Assembly: GCF_001194135.2 (NCBI RefSeq)
Contig: NC_068994.1
Span: 54,908,929-54,972,928 of the forward strand
DNA length: 64,000 nucleotides
Direction: 5' to 3'
From: Octopus bimaculoides
Taxonomy: Eukaryota
The notes under the pieces were generated by a model. The model did no database searches. It was not told where the DNA came from and saw only the letters and a program-made list of their open reading frames with translations. Below are positions 58,375 through 64,000 of this stretch, one piece after another; the first letter of the stretch is position 1; every line of letters starts with the position of its first letter. The position numbers and the translations under genes were made by a program.

Positions 58375-59115
58375 GGCAGGTTTATCTTCAGTTTCCATCC
58401 ACCAAACCCATTGACAATGCTTTGGTAAGCCTAAGGCTGTAGTAGAAGACACTTGTCCAAAGTGATATGAGGTGAGACTGAACCTGGAACTATGGGATTG
58501 GGAAGTAAACTTCTTACCACACAGCCATGCCTGCAGATAGACAGACACACAGGTAGGTAGATAGGTAGGTAGGTAGGTAGGTAGGTAGGTAGATAGATAG
58601 ACAGATAGATATGTAGATAGATAGATAGGTATAGACAGATAGAGAGACAGATAGATAGGTAGACAGATAGATAGATAGATAGGTGGGTGGATGGATAGAT
58701 AAACAGATATTCTATTTAATCCTTGAAAGCATGGAAAAACTGAAAGTGAGATAAATGTTACATATGAGAGCAGTGTGTGTGTGTGTGTGTATAAAATGTA
58801 TATGAACTTAGATAGTACAATCTTAGTTAATCTAAAGACAGCTCAACAAGTAGCCGGTGCTATGATTTTATATATAATGATGATGATGATGATGATGATG
58901 ATGGTGATGATGATGTCTATGTGAATTAAACAAACTGGAAAAGAAAAGACCTCAAATGTACCACACAAAGAAAGCATAGAAATATTTACCACAAGTGTAA
59001 ATCCACTGACCGTGAGGACGATTGCAGGAAATTTTGAGGCCTGTATTTGACTCCATAATATGGCAATCATAACACACATCTGACACAAGGGTATATCAAA
59101 CACTTGATTTTGTAC

Positions 59116-59159
<44 letters not shown>

Positions 59160-59895
59160 TATATGTATGTATATTTATGTGTGTGTGCCTATGTATGGTG
59201 TGTATCTAGGTAAATTGCAACATAGAAGCAGTAAATTTCGTCATCAAATTGTGTTCTGCTCACTCTAAGAAAAATGGTTAGAATTTTTTCTAAAATAAAT
59301 AAATAAATAAATAAGGGAGTAGCTTCTCGTTACTGCAATAAAGTGAGAATATGAATATCAATTTTTAAAAAAAATATATGAGCCATGCTTAAAATATAAA
59401 GAGCCTTGAATTGCTGTCTACATATACATAGATGTACACATTCAACGTTGTTAAGTTAAAAGAGATATTCCTTGAGCTTTATGCAATAATTCTTGCCATA
59501 AATAAATACGATTTAATGATATGATTTACAAAATAAATAAATAAATAAAATTAAGAATGAATGACAGAGGACGACAAGAACAATAAGAACAACAAGATTG
59601 TAGTGGAAACAATGCACTGTCAGGCTAAAAAAAAATATTAAAAAAGAAGGAAGCTTTTAAACAAAGCAATGAAATTCTTTCAAAAATCTCTTCATACAGG
59701 GAAAAATATCGATCGATATTGAAATATCTAAACACACTATAATATTGGAATACATTTTATATTTATAGAATATTAGTTCTAGCACGACCACCCGCTCCCT
59801 ACCACCACCACCACTATCACCCTAATTTAAAAAAAAATTTTATCCTATTTTATTTAAAGCAAACGTCTTTGTCTGAGGTTGTTAGTGCGTGTGTG

Positions 59896-59927
<32 letters not shown>

Positions 59928-60062
59928 CATGTATGTATGTGTGTTGCCAAAATATGTATTTAATCTTGACTATTCAGGTTCAATAAGGAAATGTTTTTTG
60001 TGAAAATAAAGCTCATAGGCTTGGTCTACGTACAGGCAGTATGTTATATGATTGTGTGTTAT

Positions 60063-60107
<45 letters not shown>

Positions 60108-60166
60108 ATATTTATGAACGTATACTCGCATTAATGTGTGTGCGAGCGTATGTGTGTGTGTGCGTG

Positions 60167-60199
<33 letters not shown>

Positions 60200-60492
60200 A
60201 TATACTACATGCTTGTATAATTTAATGTGCCATGAACGGCGCACAATATTGATAATTCTTCTTATTTAATAAATATTTCTGTACAAACAGAAATTCGCGC
60301 GCGCACACAGACACAAAAATATATGTATATCTATCAATTTATACATACACACACACACAAGACCACGCGCGCACACGTACACACACACACAGGCACGCGT
60401 GCACTCACACATACAGACAGGCATAAATATATCATATATATATATATATATGCATGCATATACATGTGTACATACATACACGCACCTGTCTA

Positions 60493-60536
<44 letters not shown>

Positions 60537-62169
60537 TACACGAGCGCGTATATGTACGTATGTATATATGTATGCTTGTATGTTATGAGTTGTGGAAGAA
60601 AGAAAGACAAACGGAGGAATTCGGTTTGACAGTTCTACGCGAAGTAGTCAGAAATATTGATTTAATTCTTTACATATGCAAAACGAGGGAGATTTTATAA
60701 AAATGGAAGTGATATGGGTGGAGAGAACAAACACAATAAATATGATTTTGTGGCATTCATGCATTTCTCGTCGATCTTAGTCACAGAAATGAAGTGAAAT
60801 GTGACGAGTTTGATACGGCAAGTTTGGATGTTAATTAACATGAGAGAAAAAACTTTTATTTCCAACTTGGGTTTTTTTTCTTCTTCTTGTATTAAATAAG
60901 AAAACACGAACGACCAAACGTGTGTATAGGGGTACATGACAAAATTAATGGGGTGGGGCACCACATACATACACATATATATATAATTACGTGTATATTG
61001 ACTGTAATAAGGTCGAAATCGAGCTGGGTGTGGAACTATAAATATACCAATAATACATGCAATGTTTGTGTTTTTGTATGAGTCTGTATAATAGATCTGT
61101 GTGCGTGTGCATTGATAGATAGATAATATAATTAGGGCAAACACACATATACACTACATGTGTATGTGTTTATGTATACTTTTATTTATGTTTCTGTGAG
61201 TGCGTGTGTATATATAGATATATAATACACGCACACACTTTCACCTAAACTATATAAAGCACATATATAAACGCAAATTATACAACCACATCTAAAATGG
61301 AAACACATACGTATACACAAACGCATACTAGAAATACCAAACGCATATATACACCAATGTACACACACACATATACATGTATACAGGTATATGTATGTTT
61401 GCGTGTGTAAAAGTATGACTATGTGAATTATCAAATTGAAGTTTTTTGTACCATGGTTTTTAATATTAGTTCAGTCAAACAACACAGATGAATGTTATGG
61501 TAGAATTAATCAGAACGGAGAGTGGGGAACTAAGTGTGTGAAAATATGTGTGTATATATGTGTGTATATATATATATAAACACACATACACACAATGTAC
61601 TTACTGGCTAAATGAGCAATGTAACATGCTAGTAATAAAATGTGTTGTCGTGTACCTTCCCACATTACGAACCGGCCTTGTTAGCTTTATTAGTGTATAT
61701 AGACAAACCCACACACACACGTGTGTGTGTGTGTGTGTATGTTTATATATGAGTCTGTGTAGAGTTTACTTGTTTGTTATTTATTTATTTTTTTCATTTC
61801 AAACTGTATAAAGAAACAATTCTGAAAGGATAACGGCAAGAGACCCCTATACAGATTCTTCTGTTTATGCACATTTCTACAGCACCCACAAATAAATATA
61901 TAAATATATATATATATTGTAAATAGAATTATAAGCTTTCACCATATATATTGATTATAGAAAATACGGTGAAAGCTTTTCTATTTACAAAATTTTCAAT
62001 CGTCAACGTTCCATTCGGTTATAAAAGCGTAGAATATGTACACAAAAACATGACTATATATATATGTGTGTGTGTGTGCATGTATAAGTTGGAATACATG
62101 AAAGAAGAATGGTCATGAATTAATATTGAATGTACAATTTCGCGCACATTTGGAAATACCTGCAGACAT
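20878..62169 (-). CDS. 20-exon gene, 853-aa protein: Cys/His-rich N-terminus + 2 ubiquitin-like repeats + TIR + TIR + SLOG-like domain
   Basis: Hand-spliced exons (minus): 62160-62169, 58990-59040, 47143-47335, 44652-44740, 44109-44215, 43522-43715, 42075-42243, 41086-41211, 40733-40859, 39459-39610, 38044-38163, 37127-37217, 35806-35918, 35089-35190, 33937-34056, 32860-32951, 32213-32381, 30652-30793, 29513-29622, 20878-21162. Lengths sum to 2562 nt with no internal stop; every intron is GT..AG with matching phase. Domain calls come from motif recognition, not a database search. Exons 1-2 are less certain than exons 3-20. Confidence 0.88.
22481..22733. mobile_element. Inverted pair of Penelope-like pseudo-LTR fragments with hammerhead-like cores
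   Basis: Plus copy: CTGATGA(22651)-A-GGCTG..CAGCC-GAAA-CG...CG-TC(22723). An inverted homologous copy occupies 22481-22562. Confidence 0.55.
23651..23736 (+). repeat. (GT)n microsatellite
   Basis: Read directly. Confidence 0.95.
27025..27520 (+). repeat. Compound minisatellite built from ggtgccacgtaaaaatgcac-like units
   Basis: More than 15 recurrences of (gt)aaaaatgcac/aaagtgcac; abuts a family B copy. Confidence 0.85.
27839..28014. mobile_element. MITE-like hairpin
   Basis: attattaagattgaaaacagagagatctaatggatacaaatt...aacatcttcac is inverted against gtgaagatgtt...aatttgtatccattaaatctctccgttttcagacttaataat. Confidence 0.75.
29513..29622 (-). CDS. Exon 19, SLOG ([37 protein letters not shown])
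   Basis: ccctctgacag|GT AGC...GAG|gtgaga; 110 nt. Confidence 0.88.
30652..30793 (-). CDS. Exon 18, SLOG ([47 protein letters not shown])
   Basis: tgtgtttttag|AAC...GAA G|gtttgt; 142 nt. Confidence 0.88.
32213..32381 (-). CDS. Exon 17, SLOG ([30 protein letters not shown]...[11 protein letters not shown])
   Basis: tattctattccag|G GCA...GAG|gtagga; 169 nt. Confidence 0.9.
32860..32951 (-). CDS. Exon 16, SLOG start ([30 protein letters not shown])
   Basis: ttcttctatttag|ATT...TGT AT|gtaagt; 92 nt; supplies the phase change needed between exons 15 and 17. Confidence 0.87.
33937..34056 (-). CDS. Exon 15 [40 protein letters not shown]
   Basis: ctttgtttcag|GAT...ATT|gtaagt; 120 nt. Confidence 0.87.
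35089..35190 (-). CDS. Exon 14 [34 protein letters not shown]
   Basis: ttttttttacag|GCA...AGG|gtaagt; 102 nt. Confidence 0.9.
35806..35918 (-). CDS. Exon 13, TIR2 core ([37 protein letters not shown])
   Basis: ttctttgtag|GT TCC...CAA|gtaagc; 113 nt; IFVLS..Y..S..C motif. Confidence 0.92.
36526..36803. mobile_element. MITE-like long hairpin in intron 12
   Basis: ~125-bp inverted arms around a ~20-nt loop; a diverged single-arm copy lies at ~24570-24690. Confidence 0.8.
37127..37217 (-). CDS. Exon 12, TIR2 ([30 protein letters not shown])
   Basis: ttttttatag|GGA...AAC G|gtaagt; 91 nt; L...L...G..VW motif. Confidence 0.88.
38044..38163 (-). CDS. Exon 11 [40 protein letters not shown]
   Basis: ttttacag|GAG...TTT|gtaagt; 120 nt. 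Confidence 0.85.
39212..39427 (+). repeat. 20-bp minisatellite (gacacctgtgcctattaagt), ~11 units
   Basis: Read directly; it starts at the terminal cacacctgtgcct of a family A SINE. Confidence 0.9.
39459..39610 (-). CDS. Exon 10 (C)[50 protein letters not shown]
   Basis: tttcttttag|GT TCA...AGG|gtaaac; 152 nt. Confidence 0.85.
40321..40560 (+). repeat. 20-bp minisatellite (gactaacagacagaccgatg), 12 units
   Basis: Read directly; near-perfect copies. Confidence 0.95.
40733..40859 (-). CDS. Exon 9, TIR1 C-part ([42 protein letters not shown])
   Basis: ttttatttcag|GTG...GCA T|gtaagt; 127 nt. Confidence 0.92.
41086..41211 (-). CDS. Exon 8, TIR1 core ([42 protein letters not shown])
   Basis: ccag|GAT...GAG|gtaaat; 126 nt; BB-loop-like segment and Y..T.W...E helix. 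Confidence 0.93.
42075..42243 (-). CDS. Exon 7, start of TIR1 ([31 protein letters not shown])
   Basis: ctgtttttag|T TCC...TTG|gtaaga; 169 nt; TIR box-1-like ISY motif. Confidence 0.92.
42770..42860 (+). mobile_element. Possible Penelope-like GIY-YIG endonuclease C-terminal remnant
   Basis: Translates [24 protein letters not shown], resembling the LN.R.E....C.H..KFLL end of Penelope ORFs (recognised from memory). Confidence 0.45.
43522..43715 (-). CDS. Exon 6 [25 protein letters not shown]...LPSRKRK
   Basis: tttgttttgacag|AGA...AAA CA|gtaagt; 194 nt; second GWPV..QE motif. Confidence 0.88.
44109..44215 (-). CDS. Exon 5 (G)[35 protein letters not shown]
   Basis: tctcttttag|GG ATG...CAG|gtacgt; 107 nt. 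Confidence 0.88.
44652..44740 (-). CDS. Exon 4 (G)[29 protein letters not shown]
   Basis: tttacag|A TGG...TTT G|gtaagt; 89 nt. Confidence 0.85.
44830..45400 (+). mobile_element. Probable RTE-clade LINE 5' region, non-coding remnant
   Basis: GC-richer block with gtgctccattgacccggagagctatgctgg...ccaggccagacaggttgaagggtag; a diverged relative lies at ~22030-22240. Confidence 0.4.
47143..47335 (-). CDS. Exon 3, ubiquitin-like repeat 1 ([15 protein letters not shown]...[25 protein letters not shown])
   Basis: tttctttctgcag|GG ... AAA GG|gtaagt; 193 nt open frame. Confidence 0.85.
50440..50745 (+). repeat. Degenerate (GATA/GACA/GGCA)n compound satellite
   Basis: Read directly; similar arrays at 26160-26375 and 58535-58705. 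Confidence 0.85.
55138..55877 (+). mobile_element. Composite non-autonomous element with TTAA-CCCT..AGGG-TTAA ends (piggyBac-like) and a nested family B insertion
   Basis: Begins ttaacccttttgttacc and ends tatcaaaagggttaa; the internal head unit repeats. Similar fragments at ~400-560, 36230-36395, 36830-37035, 45400-45550 and 53340-53490. Confidence 0.45.
55330..55668 (+). mobile_element. Retroposon family B with (GAT)n tail
   Basis: ggcacgtaaaaagcacccactacactctc..gagtggttggcgttaggaagggcatccagctgtag...ggacgttaaacgatgatgat. Other copies at ~21460-21900, 27500-27670, 31240-31565, 33175-33370, 34700-34840, 37258-37480, 38370-38570, 38781-38982, 41390-41603, 45900-46120, 50745-50955 and 53113-53330. 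Confidence 0.8.
58990..59040 (-). CDS. Exon 2 (G)[16 protein letters not shown]
   Basis: aaatacag|GC CTC...TGT G|gtaaat; 51 nt, phase 1 to phase 1. The acceptor has a weak pyrimidine tract. Confidence 0.65.
62160..62169 (-). CDS. Exon 1 coding part (MSA + G)
   Basis: cgaaATG TCT GCA G|gtattt, purine at -3. Its phase-1 donor joins exon 2 in the one frame that runs open through exon 3. It sits in the CpG-retaining 5' region. Confidence 0.6.
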
Positions 62170-62400
62170 TTCGTTCGAAATAAACAAGCAGAATGGAATT
62201 GGTAAAGAGTTGGTACTATCAAGAGAGTCGGCGGTGATTTTGGCGTGGAGTCAAGCCGACAGCGACGAAGGTCCATGAACATCTAAGTTAGTTGTACACA
62301 CACACATGCTGCTTACAAACAGGAAGTAATTCATGGCTAATTTCATGAATGGGCACACTAGCGGATATGACGTCATCGCCAGTTACCGAAATCGGTTCCC
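62170..62400 (-). promoter_or_regulatory. Putative 5'UTR/promoter of the TIR-TIR-SLOG gene
   Basis: CpG-rich relative to most of the gene body; perfect CRE palindrome TGACGTCA at 62368-62375; ETS-type CAGGAAGT at 62320-62327. Confidence 0.5.
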
Positions 62401-63175
62401 AGGCACTGGAGTCGGTTGTTTGTCTTGGACGGCTCAATTGTTTTTACTGGTTGTTCCAGCTCTGTATCGTAGCGAACTCCTTCCTAACACAAAAGGAGCT
62501 GTATTTAAAGTTACACGATAATAAAAATTTATTAAAGATTCATTCGTGATTAAATCGAAAAAACTACGCAATCATTTGTCACTTTCGATTTTCAGATACA
62601 GGAATCGGTTGTTTGTCTTGGAAGGTCTTATTGTTTTACTGGTAATTCCAGCAATGTATCGACCTCCTTCGTGACTGAGAGGGTTGTATGTAAGCTAATA
62701 ATAATAATAATGACGATGGTTTAAAGAATAAGCTCTAGTCATTGATTAGATCGAGAGAGAAAAAAAACAACAAAACCTACACATTCCTCTAGCACTTCGA
62801 TTTTCAGATTCTAGAATTGGTTGTTTGTCTTTGTGGCTTTGTTTCTAGCAGTTCCAGTTCTGTATCGACCTCCTTCGCGACACAAAGAAAGAGTTGTATT
62901 ATTTAAACAAACAAACGAACGAACAAAAATGATTTAAAAACTAAAGGCTCGTCTTTCATTAGATCGGAGAAGAAAAACTACACCATATTCTGTCACTTCG
63001 ATTTTCCAGATTCTGGAGTTATTTGTTTATCTTTGAGGGCTTTATTGTTTTTTATTTTCTCGTAGTTCTAGGTCTCTATCGACCTCCTTGGCGACAGACG
63101 GGGGCTGTAGTGAAAAGGAAGAAGAAAATAAAAGAAATACACGTCATGGAAATTACATAATCCTCTGTCACTTCG
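62385..63175. repeat. Four diverged ~200-bp tandem units plus a partial fifth
   Basis: GGTTGTTTGTCTT-type core at 62414, 62607, 62819 and ~63017; TATCGACCTCCTT at 62657, 62863 and 63077; CACTTCGATTTTCAG-type unit heads. Confidence 0.85.
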
Positions 63176-64000
63176 CAACGTGTATTATTGCTTAATCAAA
63201 ACAGAAACGGTAGACCACCAGGTTATTCATTTATTCATTTGTTTATTTATTTATTCGTTTGTTTATTTATTTATTTATTTATTTATTTACTTAATCGTCG
63301 ATGTGACCCAATCAAGGCCATAAGGAAGATTTCTATAAGGGAGACAGTAGTTTATTTAACAATTTGCACATTCACGCCACACAGGGTTTGGTCTTCGTGC
63401 TTCATTCTTGGTTTTGTTTATAAATTTACGAATTAACGGTTTATGTACGATTCAACCACGTAGAGTAAAAAGGTAGAATTTCTTTAGACAGAATACAAAG
63501 AGGTTTTTGCTCCTGAGAGTTGTCTACTAGCCCAATCAACCAAAGTATGAAGAGAAATCAAATGAGTCAATCTCAGCACATGACAGGAAGATTTTTATTT
63601 TTTTGCTTAATAACGGTTCCCAGAAGGTATTGTCAAATAGTATCCTTTATTGCCGAACAATACCTCTATAGTTTGTTCTGTCTATCTTTGGGTCTATGCC
63701 TATTGCTGTCTTTGCCTTCCATAGGGTCTTCAACCAAATCAGATTGAAGGCTGTGTTGTCGTTTGTTCACTCACGTCACAGAGATCGTATCGTTGCTAGA
63801 TCTTTCTTTGTTGAGGGAAAGCTACTTGTAGAGTAACCAAAGCAAACTCATGACATTTAACTTTAATATTTATTGGCAGACATAATATATTCGGTGTTGA
63901 TTATTCACAATGAAAAAATATTAATAATTGTCAACTAAACTGTGCCACGTCTGTAGAAGCTACTTATAGGACATTGTGTGAATGTTCAGAAGAAGTCTGT

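Overview
AT-rich, microsatellite- and SINE-dense animal genomic DNA with seven N gaps. The repeat landscape resembles coleoid cephalopod (octopus) DNA; this is inference, not verified. Almost every ORF in the supplied track is microsatellite or N-gap noise. Reading splice sites by hand on the minus strand gives one complete 20-exon gene (ATG 62169 to TGA 20878). All introns are GT-AG, all phases are compatible, and the CDS is 2562 nt (853 aa). Its domain order is Cys/His-rich N-terminus, two ubiquitin-like repeats, TIR1 (catalytic Glu kept), TIR2 (Glu replaced by Gln), then a SLOG (Smf/DprA-LOG) Rossmann-like domain. TIR plus SLOG is the signal-maker/sensor pair of bacterial type I Thoeris antiviral systems, so this is a candidate self-contained NAD-derived second-messenger module in an invertebrate. 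Other notable items: a possible internal promoter giving a SLOG-only isoform, an overlapping alternative-frame microprotein with a hydrophobic tail, a near-identical inverted SINE pair bracketing the in-frame TIR1 catalytic exons, an upstream array of ~200-bp repeats, Penelope-type hammerhead-like motifs, a deleted mariner and several MITE hairpins.
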